A stretch of DNA of 64,000 nt. Source: an uncultured bacterium. GTDB taxonomy: Bacteria > Vulcanimicrobiota > Xenobia > Xenobiales > Xenobiaceae. The position numbers and the translations under genes are program-made. Location: positions 10,459 through 74,458 of the forward strand of contig CAKUDB010000008.1 in assembly GCA_934644775.1 (NCBI GenBank), read 5' to 3'. Below the pieces are notes generated by a model that made no database searches, was not told the DNA's origin, and saw nothing but the letters and a program-made list of their open reading frames with translations. Positions 1 through 8,829 of this stretch are shown one piece after another. Numbering within the stretch: the first letter of the stretch is position 1; each line of letters starts with the position of its first letter.

Positions 1-2
1 AA

Positions 3-1436
3 AACTCTATCATTCCGCAAATTGGCAGCAACTCGGTAGACGGATGGTTTGCCAGAAATACTTTCGATTACGTTTTTAATAATGACAATTACGGCCAAAT
101 TTTACTCGATTATTACAGCAAAACTGGCATCGGTACTGGAATTAAACATTACTATTCGTTAGGTGATAAAGGTGGAGGGGCTCTTTATTACTACCGTTTA
201 AATGGCGATAAGATCAACTCACGTTACGATTTAAGTAGCAGTATCCATTACGCTTTTGACGATAAAACTGACGTTTCTTGGGAATTTTCTTCCAATCGCT
301 CAGAAACTCCCGGTTTTACTAATGAAAGTCGTATAAATTCCCTCTTTAGCTTCCAGCACCAAGATGAGCGTCAAGATTTGCATTTTTCGCAAAACTATAA
401 TACCAAGGGTAGCGAAAATACCAACAATACTTGGCGCAGTTATTACAGCTTGCAACTTACTCCCGAGTTGTCTACTACTTGGAAGGCCGAGATGTCTACT
501 ATTTCTACGGCCCATCGCACTGCCGATCGTTTTTATTATCAAATAGGTTTGCGCCATACTAGCGAATTGTTCGATAGTGAATTACAAGTAGAAAATACTA
601 ACGGTGCCCGCAATTACAGTCTTAACCGCAATCCTGAATTTACTTTGCGCTCCCATCCTATTTTTATAGGCGACGTTCCGGTACTTACTTCTATTAGCTT
701 AGGCCACGTCACTGAGTCGCCCAGTATGTATTCTACCAATCGTTACGATCTGCGTTTTCAAATTCCCGATCAGTCCTTTGAGTACGATTCGGGACGTTTC
801 TTAGCCGGTGCCGGTTTACGTCAGCTCTTTTACGGAAACGGCCAAAGTATGTATTCCTTGGCCACTCGTTTAGGTTGGATGCAAGAATTGGGCGATATAG
901 GTACTTTGCGTCTAGATTATAATTGGCTCAATCCTCGTGGAGAGACCCCTTTGCAATACGACCATATAGTAGGCTACGAAAATCTTACGGGCGGCGTTGA
1001 GTTTTTTAAAGATGATCTTTTCAATTTATCTGTAATAAGCGGTTATAACCTGAAAACTGATCAATTCCAAAATGTAACTCCGCGCTTGCAATTCCGTCCC
1101 AATAACGATTGGCTTATCGGAGCCAGTTGCAGCTACGATCCCCGTTCCCATTCTTGGAGAAATTTGGATACTAATTTGCGCACCCAGTTATTTTCCGGCT
1201 TGTACGCTAGCCACTGGAGCGTTTACGATCTAGTTAACCATCGCTTTACTTATCAAGACTACCAACTTGATTATGAAACTCACGACTGGATCACTAGCTT
1301 AGTGTACCGCAGTGTCCAAAACGAGCTTTATTTCCAATTTAGCTTGAAGGCCTTCCCTATGCCAGATGTAACTATCGGCCCTAGCTATACTAACGAAATT
1401 ATTCCTAAAAGTAGGCGCAACGCTTTTGTCAAATAA
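3..1436 (+). CDS. Outer-membrane beta-barrel protein, LptD/OstA-C-like, 5'-truncated by the window edge
   Basis: The frame is open from base 3, with no stop before the TTG at 378 where the ORF track begins. The sequence is Tyr/Asn/Ser/Gly-rich with alternating, beta-strand-like character (YYSKTGIGTGIKHYYSLGDKGGGALYYYRLNG). It sits next to the LPS heptose gene hldD. The family call rests on resemblance only. Confidence 0.45.
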   Translation, partial: NSIIPQIGSNSVDGWFARNTFDYVFNNDNYGQILLDYYSKTGIGTGIKHYYSLGDKGGGALYYYRLNGDKINSRYDLSSSIHYAFDDKTDVSWEFSSNRSETPGFTNESRINSLFSFQHQDERQDLHFSQNYNTKGSENTNNTWRSYYSLQLTPELSTTWKAEMSTISTAHRTADRFYYQIGLRHTSELFDSELQVENTNGARNYSLNRNPEFTLRSHPIFIGDVPVLTSISLGHVTESPSMYSTNRYDLRFQIPDQSFEYDSGRFLAGAGLRQLFYGNGQSMYSLATRLGWMQELGDIGTLRLDYNWLNPRGETPLQYDHIVGYENLTGGVEFFKDDLFNLSVISGYNLKTDQFQNVTPRLQFRPNNDWLIGASCSYDPRSHSWRNLDTNLRTQLFSGLYASHWSVYDLVNHRFTYQDYQLDYETHDWITSLVYRSVQNELYFQFSLKAFPMPDVTIGPSYTNEIIPKSRRNAFVK

Positions 1437-1443
1437 CTGAGCT

Positions 1444-1490
1444 AAAAAAATGGGTGCCTATTATAAAATGGAAGAAGACACCCATATTTT
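1444..1490. terminator. Bidirectional Rho-independent terminator between convergent genes
   Basis: Stem ATGGGTG (1450-1456) pairs with CACCCAT (1479-1485). An A-run precedes the stem and ATTTT follows it. Confidence 0.55.
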
Positions 1491-1582
1491 CAGTTCAATC
1501 GCTTTTGGAAAGTTTTTACTCTCTCTCTTTTTTTTGCCCTGTATATACACTTATTTTGTTTTACATCGTCACTCTGGTCAAA

Positions 1583-2557
1583 TCAAACTTGCAAAGCCAA
1601 ATAGTTTTGCACATAATCTCTTATACCATCTTCCAAAGAAGCGAAAGGCTCGGTATACCCTGCTTCATGCAAACGTTTAGTATCGGCACAAGTGTAGTAT
1701 TGATATTTACCTTGCAAATAGTCGGGCATATCGACATAGCGAATATCAACCTTTTTGACCATAGATGTAAATACAGCCTTAGCTAAATCGTTCCAAGAAC
1801 GAGCGATACCGCTACCACAATTGAATAAACCGTGCTTTTCCCTATGTTCAAAGAAATAGAGCATTACTTTAACGGCATCATCGACATAAACAAAGTCGCG
1901 AAGTTGCTGACCGTCTTTATAATGGGGATGGTAAGACTTAAATAACTCCACATAGCCGCGCTCTAAAATTTGATGGAAGGCCTTATAAACGACTGAGCGC
2001 ATATTGCCCTTGTGCTCTTCATGGGGGCCGTAAACATTAAAAAATTTGAGGCCAACTAAATTTTCTTCATATAAACCGTTACCCAGAGCCCATTTGTCGA
2101 AAAGGTGCTTGGACATACCATACATATTGAGAGGCATATACTTGGGAAGTAGAGCCGGATCGTCGCTATAACCTAGGGCACCATTGCCATAGGTAGCGGC
2201 AGAAGAAGCTAAAATCATGGGAATTTGGCGTTCAGAGGTCCACTGAGCCAGCTTCTTAGTGTAGCGGTAATTATTTTCCATTAAAAAGTTAGAATCGGTT
2301 TCAGTAGTGCTACTGCAAGCTCCCAAATGGAACACAGCTTCAACATGGGAAGTCAGGGTATTAGAATCGACTAATTTTATAAAAGCTTCCCGATCTAAAT
2401 AATCGACAAATTCCAAATGGCCGAAATTACGCCATTTATCAGTAGTATTTAAGTGATCGACTAAAAGAAGGTTGGTATAGCCCTTCTTATTTAAAGCTTT
2501 AGTTAAATTTGCGCCAATAAACCCCAAGGCTCCGGTAACGACTATCAGCTTATCCAT
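1583..2557 (-). CDS. hldD: ADP-L-glycero-D-manno-heptose 6-epimerase
   Basis: N-terminal Rossmann motif VTGALGFIGANL. HLGACSSTTE, SSAATYG, YGMSK and FFNVYGPHEEHKG match E. coli HldD/RfaD along the full length. Confidence 0.9.
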   Translation of the reverse strand: MDKLIVVTGALGFIGANLTKALNKKGYTNLLLVDHLNTTDKWRNFGHLEFVDYLDREAFIKLVDSNTLTSHVEAVFHLGACSSTTETDSNFLMENNYRYTKKLAQWTSERQIPMILASSAATYGNGALGYSDDPALLPKYMPLNMYGMSKHLFDKWALGNGLYEENLVGLKFFNVYGPHEEHKGNMRSVVYKAFHQILERGYVELFKSYHPHYKDGQQLRDFVYVDDAVKVMLYFFEHREKHGLFNCGSGIARSWNDLAKAVFTSMVKKVDIRYVDMPDYLQGKYQYYTCADTKRLHEAGYTEPFASLEDGIRDYVQNYLALQV

Positions 2558-2770
2558 AATATTTACTGTTTACTTACTCCTGCCAGAAACTTGGTGGCCA
2601 TTTTTTATCAAAGTAGGCTAAAGCCCTGCCCTACTTTTATGCGAAATAGAGCAAAAAGGGCTTGGATGTAAAAATAACCAATTTTAGGAGGTTCTTAGAG
2701 CTGTTATGCGAAATTTGCCTGGCAGGTGTTATCTACCAAATAGCCCAAAGTGCATTAGGAGTTTTTAGTT

Positions 2771-3199
2771 ATGCAACCTGTGCAAATGAATCCCGCTTCT
2801 CTCAATACTATCGTCGGCCAGACAGCTATAACTACTCCAACTGCAACAGAAGCTCTCAGCAAGGCTTCAGTGTTGGGGATTATGAGTGGAATTACTCAAA
2901 AGCTGGTTAAAAAAAATAACGGCATCAATAAAGATTCTTCTGTAAGTGTCAGCTCTTCCGTGCCTCTTAGTGCAGCTTTGAGTGAATCTATAAACGGTAT
3001 TATGGTTATGGATCCTAATGCTCCTCAAGAAGAATGGATGCAAGAGATTACCTCTTCCTCAACTCCTCAAAATGAAGAAATGCAAGCTATGCAGCAGAGT
3101 TTCCAAAAGAGTCAAGAAGAAATGAATGGCAGGGTATCTTCTTTGGGAGTACCTATTCCCGGTATGGCTTCCGACAATTTGCAAGGACTTATACAGTAG
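2771..3199 (+). CDS. Hypothetical Q/S/M-rich protein
   Basis: ATG is preceded by AGGAG about 10 nt upstream. Low-complexity sequence with no recognisable domain. It lies immediately upstream of the zinc-ribbon protein at 3263. Confidence 0.5.
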   Translation: MQPVQMNPASLNTIVGQTAITTPTATEALSKASVLGIMSGITQKLVKKNNGINKDSSVSVSSSVPLSAALSESINGIMVMDPNAPQEEWMQEITSSSTPQNEEMQAMQQSFQKSQEEMNGRVSSLGVPIPGMASDNLQGLIQ

Positions 3200-3262
3200 C
3201 GATAGTAGCGATACTTTTTTGCCTCTTTATTTCTGTCAAATGCTGGGAATGGAAGTTTTAGT

Positions 3263-4879
3263 ATGATTGGTTATGGCACAACTTTAGAAGGAAATACTCC
3301 AGAGACTTTGTTGCCCCAAGATCTAGTTACCCCTTCATTAACAACCAATCGTTTAATTTTGCTTTGTATAAAAGTTTCTAGAGGGAATGCCGATCCGCGT
3401 GCTTTAGGCATAGTTTTAGAGGCCTACACGAAAGAATTGATTATTTCTAGAGATAATTTTCAAAAGCAAACGGCGACTGTCGCTCAAAGTCCCATTCCGG
3501 CTTTAGCTCAATCGGTTCAAGATGTAATTATTTCATTTGCTCAATATGCCGATATTATAGCCGGAGTGCGTTCTTGGTTTGCTTCTCCAGCTAACTATCC
3601 TTTAGAATCGGCTCCCGAACAAATTTTTGAAGGTTATGCCGAGTTACATAACTGTTTATTAGCTTACGAATGGAATTATCTTTGCCAAGGAGACAATCCC
3701 CATCCAGCTATAAATTTAATGGAAAAAGTTATCCAAGCTACCAAACAAGGAGCTATGGACGATGATAGACTCAGTGAGATCTTTGATCGCCTTTGGGATC
3801 ATTTTGCTAATAGCTTAGATACTTTTGAAAGAGATACCGATTTAGCTAGACGCAATCGCGGTACCGCTGCTATACGCCAAATTATGGCCGGTATCCAGAG
3901 TATGGATACCTATTTTCTCCAGTACGATCTTAACGCCTTAGACGCCGGCTTTATCAAATTTAGTGAAGGTTGCTTGCTATTAGTCGAGCTTATGCAGGAA
4001 AGCACCGGCGAAGCCTTGGCCGATAAGCCCACACCTTCTCCCCAAGTAAACTGGGTTATTCACGCCGCTAGGGCGGTACTTCTCGGACTAGATCCCAAGA
4101 TCTTAGAGCGAGCTCAATCCTGGTTTGAGCCCCAATTAGCCGAAAGCTACTTCCGCTTTGAGCAATGTGCCAACCAAGCCTTGGAAAGTTCTCCCCGTTT
4201 AGCTGAGCAAGTGCCTGTGGCTCGAGATGGTTTCGATCATCTGAACCGCGCTTTGCCCCTCTTGCGTTTAGGCATTAGCCGCCGTCCACTTTTACACAAA
4301 GCTATCCAATATTTGGAAGACGGAGCCAACCTTATTTGCCAAGCCTGGACCGTTTTTACCAAATTTGAAGAAGAAAACAGCAGCATTAGATGTCTACACT
4401 GTGGCTTCGAAAATAAAGCTTACTCTAAAGTTTGCGATCGCTGCGGAGCTCGCTTAGTGCTTCCGGCCAGTTATCAAGATCCGCAAGATGAAGGAGCTAC
4501 GGTGACAAATTATTCGAGCCGAGACGATTCAGAGAATAACGACACTTCAGACCACTTGTCCAGACTTATTGAAGCTTGCGACGCCGCTAAGTTTGGGCGT
4601 ATTGCTAAAGCAGAATTTGTCAGTGTTTTGGCCTGGGGTAAACAGTTACTTCGCTCAGCTTCGGCCAGCTTAAGCAAATTGCCACCTTCTAGCGACGATC
4701 CTAATATTGACAAAGCCCTCCACAGCTTGCACCAAGGTGTAGAAGAATTTAAACAAGGTATAGATGAAATGCAATGGTGGGCCGATACTGGGGCCAATTC
4801 TCACCTGGATATAGCTTCCCATATCCTCTTGCAAGCTTACACCCACTTTGTGGAAGTGCAAGAAATGGCTGGAAACTAA
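3263..4879 (+). CDS. Hypothetical helical-repeat protein with an embedded zinc ribbon (CX2C-X10-CX2C)
   Basis: Long ORF. The zinc ribbon CLHCGFENKAYSKVCDRC is encoded at 4391-4444. The flanking regions are predicted helical and resemble the protein at 58674-59933. Confidence 0.7.
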   Translation: MIGYGTTLEGNTPETLLPQDLVTPSLTTNRLILLCIKVSRGNADPRALGIVLEAYTKELIISRDNFQKQTATVAQSPIPALAQSVQDVIISFAQYADIIAGVRSWFASPANYPLESAPEQIFEGYAELHNCLLAYEWNYLCQGDNPHPAINLMEKVIQATKQGAMDDDRLSEIFDRLWDHFANSLDTFERDTDLARRNRGTAAIRQIMAGIQSMDTYFLQYDLNALDAGFIKFSEGCLLLVELMQESTGEALADKPTPSPQVNWVIHAARAVLLGLDPKILERAQSWFEPQLAESYFRFEQCANQALESSPRLAEQVPVARDGFDHLNRALPLLRLGISRRPLLHKAIQYLEDGANLICQAWTVFTKFEEENSSIRCLHCGFENKAYSKVCDRCGARLVLPASYQDPQDEGATVTNYSSRDDSENNDTSDHLSRLIEACDAAKFGRIAKAEFVSVLAWGKQLLRSASASLSKLPPSSDDPNIDKALHSLHQGVEEFKQGIDEMQWWADTGANSHLDIASHILLQAYTHFVEVQEMAGN

Positions 4880-4920
4880 ATTTAGCCATTTCTTGCCTAC
4901 TATGGGTAGCGGATCGGACG

Positions 4921-5844
4921 TTAATCCTTTACCATTCTGCACCCTAAAGCGATAGAATAGAACTTAGATTCTTCAGAATCGGCTCGACTAGTCAAGACAC
5001 AAGGCACATTGGCTCCAGCTACTATGCCGGCAACTTTAGCTTGAGCCAAAGTTGTACAAGCTTTATAGAAAGCATTGCCAGCTTCTAAGCAATGGAAGAT
5101 AAGTATATCAGCGCTACCTTCGGTAACAGTGGACAGCTTCTTAACTTGGCAACATTGGGGCGAAATGGCTACATCTAAAGCCAGAGGGCCATCTACCAAG
5201 CAAGCACCTAACTGACCACGCTCTCCCATTTTGGCCAAGGCAGCTGCTTCTACACAAGAAGCAATTTTTGGCAATACTTTTTCAGTAGGAGCTATTACGC
5301 CAACTCTAGGAGTTTCTATACCGAAGGAATGGGCTATTTCTACAGTATAGCGAATCATTTTCGCTTTAGTAGCCAAATCGGGAGCCGGAATTATAGCGGC
5401 ATCGCTAGCGAAAAGCAATTGATTATGCAGCTTTTTATATTGGGGGATTTCCAGACAAGTAACGTGGGTCAATACAGCCCCTTTAGGCAAAAGGCTGCGC
5501 TCTTTATCCAAAATTAAGTGCATATACTGATCGGTATTGATCAGCCCCTTCATTAAAACATCGGCCTTGCCTTCAAAAACCATATCGCGAGCGATAACGC
5601 CGGCTCCCCAAGGACTAGCTTCATCTACAATATTAAACAAATCGGAATTTATCGAATATTCTAGACACATCTCCTTTATTTGCTGAGCCTGTCCAACTAA
5701 TATTACTTCAGCGATACCTCTGTCGGCGGCTTGGGCAGCGGCCCTAATAGTACAATGATCGTGACCGGCGGCAACTACCAAACGCTTGAGAGGGTGCCCT
5801 TGTAAACTTTCTACGAGCTGATCTAAACTGCGAATCTGTTCCAA
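4921..5844 (-). CDS. ptb: Phosphate butyryltransferase
   Basis: Full-length similarity to clostridial Ptb (KGLINT, DGPLALDVA, VLTSRADS). The start is moved to the TTG at 5844, which is preceded by GGAGGT with a 6-nt spacer. The track start at 5919 is an upstream TTG with no RBS. Confidence 0.9.
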   Translation of the reverse strand: MEQIRSLDQLVESLQGHPLKRLVVAAGHDHCTIRAAAQAADRGIAEVILVGQAQQIKEMCLEYSINSDLFNIVDEASPWGAGVIARDMVFEGKADVLMKGLINTDQYMHLILDKERSLLPKGAVLTHVTCLEIPQYKKLHNQLLFASDAAIIPAPDLATKAKMIRYTVEIAHSFGIETPRVGVIAPTEKVLPKIASCVEAAALAKMGERGQLGACLVDGPLALDVAISPQCCQVKKLSTVTEGSADILIFHCLEAGNAFYKACTTLAQAKVAGIVAGANVPCVLTSRADSEESKFYSIALGCRMVKD

Positions 5845-5984
5845 ATGTCTACCTCCGAACTTCTTGGCCCCAAAAGAATAAATATACCCACCATAAAAAA
5901 TATGGAGGCCTTCTAACAAGACTAAAAATAAAAGTCAAGCCGACAAATACGTGGTTAAATTCTAGGCTTTAACTCAAGATTCTT

Positions 5985-7187
5985 TTAATTATTGGGAGGA
6001 TAACTCTTTAACTCTTCCTTGCCAGTTAAAACACGCGCCGCCCCACTAGCCAAAGCGACCATTTCTAACTCGCCAGGATAAACTACCACCGGCACATTCG
6101 TTGCAGAAACATATTTTTTAATTTTATCTACAAGCAATTGGCTGCGGGCTGCTCCGCCAGTTAAGATAAGCGCATCTACTTTTTCGCCGTCAAAAGCAGG
6201 CCACATCGCCGTTATATTTTTAGATACAGCATAAGCCATAGCTTCAAAAGCTTCGACAAATTCCGGAACTCCAGCTAAACAACGCGCCTCTATCTCTTTC
6301 ATATCAGCCGTACCCACTAAATTTAACATACCGCCTTTTCCCCTATTGAGACGGCGCAATTCTTCGCGAGTATATTTACCGCTAAAGCAAAGATCGATAA
6401 GCGGCCCCACAGGCAGAGAGCCGCTCCTTTCCGGCGAGAAGGGGCCTTCGCCATCTAAGGCGTTATTGACATCTATATAACGACCATGTTTGTGAGCCCC
6501 TATAGAGATACCGCCTCCTAAATGAGCCACTATTAAATTTAAATCTTGGTAAGTCATACCGATCTCGGCAGCGTAACGACGAGTTTGGGCAAAAGCGTTG
6601 AGTGCATGACTTATGCAACGGCGACGTATCTCTTTAAGTCCGGTAATATAGGCTCGAGGAGGCAATTCGTCAACCACACCGGGATCTACGATATAAGCTG
6701 GGATATTTAATTTTTGGGCAAAAAAACGACCGATCATAGGGCCCAAATTGCAAGGGTGATCTCCCCATTTGGCCTCTTGCAATTCAGCCAACATGGTATC
6801 TGTAATATCATAAGTTCCGTGAGAAATAGGTCTAAGCAAGCCACCGCGACAGGATACGCCATTTAATAAAGTCGCCTCAAAACCACCTTCTTGCAAAGCC
6901 TCAGTGACACAACGGATACGCATATCTAACTGAGCCGAAGCGGGCAAACCGTCGTAAGGAGCTAAATCTTCGACACTGTGCAATAACTCTTTACTTAAAA
7001 TAGGTTTGCTACCATAAAAAACGCTAATTTTAGTAGAAATAGAGCCTGGATTTACGGCCAAAATATAGAGATGCTCAGAAGCTAAATCACAATAAGCTGC
7101 TTCTGCGGCGTCGACTTTGCTACAAGGCGAACTACCAGAAGTCCCGGTGGAAAAAGCGCAACCTGCTTTACGACTTAAATCGGTCAT
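5985..7187 (-). CDS. buk: Butyrate kinase, with a ~40-aa N-terminal extension if the ATG at 7187 is used
   Basis: ILAVNPGSISTK, AYIVDPGVVDEL, NNALDGEGPFSPERSG and LTGG match the Buk family end to end. I saw no convincing internal start codon. Confidence 0.9.
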   Translation of the reverse strand: MTDLSRKAGCAFSTGTSGSSPCSKVDAAEAAYCDLASEHLYILAVNPGSISTKISVFYGSKPILSKELLHSVEDLAPYDGLPASAQLDMRIRCVTEALQEGGFEATLLNGVSCRGGLLRPISHGTYDITDTMLAELQEAKWGDHPCNLGPMIGRFFAQKLNIPAYIVDPGVVDELPPRAYITGLKEIRRRCISHALNAFAQTRRYAAEIGMTYQDLNLIVAHLGGGISIGAHKHGRYIDVNNALDGEGPFSPERSGSLPVGPLIDLCFSGKYTREELRRLNRGKGGMLNLVGTADMKEIEARCLAGVPEFVEAFEAMAYAVSKNITAMWPAFDGEKVDALILTGGAARSQLLVDKIKKYVSATNVPVVVYPGELEMVALASGAARVLTGKEELKSYPPNN

Positions 7188-7261
7188 GTTTTTTTACCTA
7201 CTCTCTATCTGCTAAAATAGCAGCTATATTTTTTGCCAACTATAAGGCAATTTTGTGCAAT

Positions 7262-7636
7262 TTATTTTATAGGAGAAATCACACTTTCTATAACGGAAGG
7301 TTCCGTCTTTTGCTTAAGTAAATCGCGGCGTATATAACCTAAATTGACGAAAATACGCATACCGAAAGTTACAATAGCCGCTTGGTAGATTTCTACCCCC
7401 AAAGCGTCTCCGACCCAAGTTAGACCGGCCGCCAAAAGTAAATTGACGACAAAGCCGCTGGCAAAGACACTAAAATTAAACTTGTTTTCTAAACCTGATC
7501 TGGTGCCACCAACTATAGAGTCTAAACCGGCCAAAAAGGCCACAGACACATACTTAGCAGCGCTGACTGGAATTTGAAAAGGTAAGACCCAGCCAATAAG
7601 TAAACCGACCAGCAACCCTACAATAACCAGGACCAT
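7262..7636 (-). CDS. sbp: Small basic membrane protein (Sbp/DUF1290 family)
   Basis: Similarity to B. subtilis Sbp (LDSIVGG, FASGFVVN, FGMRIFVNLGYIRR). It lies downstream of a DUF881 gene, as in Firmicutes. Confidence 0.85.
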   Translation of the reverse strand: MVLVIVGLLVGLLIGWVLPFQIPVSAAKYVSVAFLAGLDSIVGGTRSGLENKFNFSVFASGFVVNLLLAAGLTWVGDALGVEIYQAAIVTFGMRIFVNLGYIRRDLLKQKTEPSVIESVISPIK

Positions 7637-7739
7637 GAGTTTATACGCCTCTCCTAACTACCTAACTAAGAGACTGACTAAGAGACAGAGCTCCTCATCT
7701 TTGGCTATTCCAAAAATAGCGGTAATCGCTTAGCTAAAA

Positions 7740-8777
7740 CTATTCTTTTTCTTGATCTTTATCAAAGGATTGGCTGTAGCGAAAAGCTATACTGCCTTCA
7801 TAAGGCATAATAATAACTTCATCGACTCGATTGATAGTAACTTGTCCACCATTACTTATCAGGGCAGCCATACTATCGAGGAAACCTCCAGGCATACGCA
7901 AAGCCGTTTCCAAATCGCTCGGGCCAATCCCCTTAACGGTATAAGGAGCAGCAATACGTACACCATTAACCAAAACGGTAGGCCCGACACAACGTATAGA
8001 AGATCTAGTGACGATACGCTGCTCGTTTACCGAAACCGCCTCGGCACCAGCTGACCAGAGCTCGTTGACTAGGGCACTGAGATCGACATCGTGTACAATG
8101 TAAAAGTAAGGATCGGTATTGATCGGCGGAGTGCGTGGAGAATCACTAAGGACAACGACGATCCCCGGCCCCTTCATACCGGTAAGACCCGCTTCAATAC
8201 GCGAATTGGTAAGTTGTTCTTGGATTTGCTTACCCACCACTCCCACTCTGTTGGAGGCCGTCTCCATATCGGAGATACGAGAGCGTAAGTCACTAATTTC
8301 AGTCGACATCCTGTTGCGCTCAGCTTCTAAGGTTCGCACCAACTCCAACATTTTGCGACGATCGTCTACTTGTATAGGCGTACTGGCCGAGTGGGCCCTG
8401 TATTGGAGCCCTACCATTATGCCTAAAACGATACAAGCTATAGCGACAGGTAGTTGCCAAGATTTATTAGGGCCGCCTCCTTTAGATATTTTTCCATTGG
8501 CAATAGATTCGCCCAATATCACTTCGGAATCGACTCTAGCTGAATAATCATTATCACCTTGCCAATTTAAATGAGTGACTAAATAAGCAGGCGCAGGCTC
8601 AAACTCTCCTGCAGAAACTTGAGCTAGCCCCACTTGCCCCGACTTTTTATCAGACGAACCGTCAGAATCGGAATCAGCTTGAGGATCAGCTCCCTCAGAG
8701 GAGTGTTTAGCTTCAGTTTTGCACTCTACACCAACTTTCAAAGTTGTCTTAGAGTTTTTGTCAGCTTGTTTAGACAT
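7740..8777 (-). CDS. DUF881 (YlxW/YlxX-like) membrane protein with a ~105-aa acidic N-terminal extension
   Basis: TM helix, then a coiled coil, then GPGIVVVLSD ... VHDVDL ... LWSAGAEAVSVNEQRIV ... VNGVRIAAPYTVKGIG, which is typical of DUF881. Confidence 0.8.
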   Translation of the reverse strand: MSKQADKNSKTTLKVGVECKTEAKHSSEGADPQADSDSDGSSDKKSGQVGLAQVSAGEFEPAPAYLVTHLNWQGDNDYSARVDSEVILGESIANGKISKGGGPNKSWQLPVAIACIVLGIMVGLQYRAHSASTPIQVDDRRKMLELVRTLEAERNRMSTEISDLRSRISDMETASNRVGVVGKQIQEQLTNSRIEAGLTGMKGPGIVVVLSDSPRTPPINTDPYFYIVHDVDLSALVNELWSAGAEAVSVNEQRIVTRSSIRCVGPTVLVNGVRIAAPYTVKGIGPSDLETALRMPGGFLDSMAALISNGGQVTINRVDEVIIMPYEGSIAFRYSQSFDKDQEKE

Positions 8778-8829
8778 CTATTTTTTTCCGCCAAAATAAG
8801 CGAAGTACAGGCAGCCCAAAAGGGCTTTT

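Noticed and set aside
4434-4441. HIP1 palindrome GCGATCGC as a cyanobacterial signature (also at 54313-54320 and 59164-59171).
   Set aside because: Three copies in 64 kb is only a mild excess. This is far below the roughly one-per-kb density of HIP1-rich cyanobacteria, so it is not usable for taxonomy.
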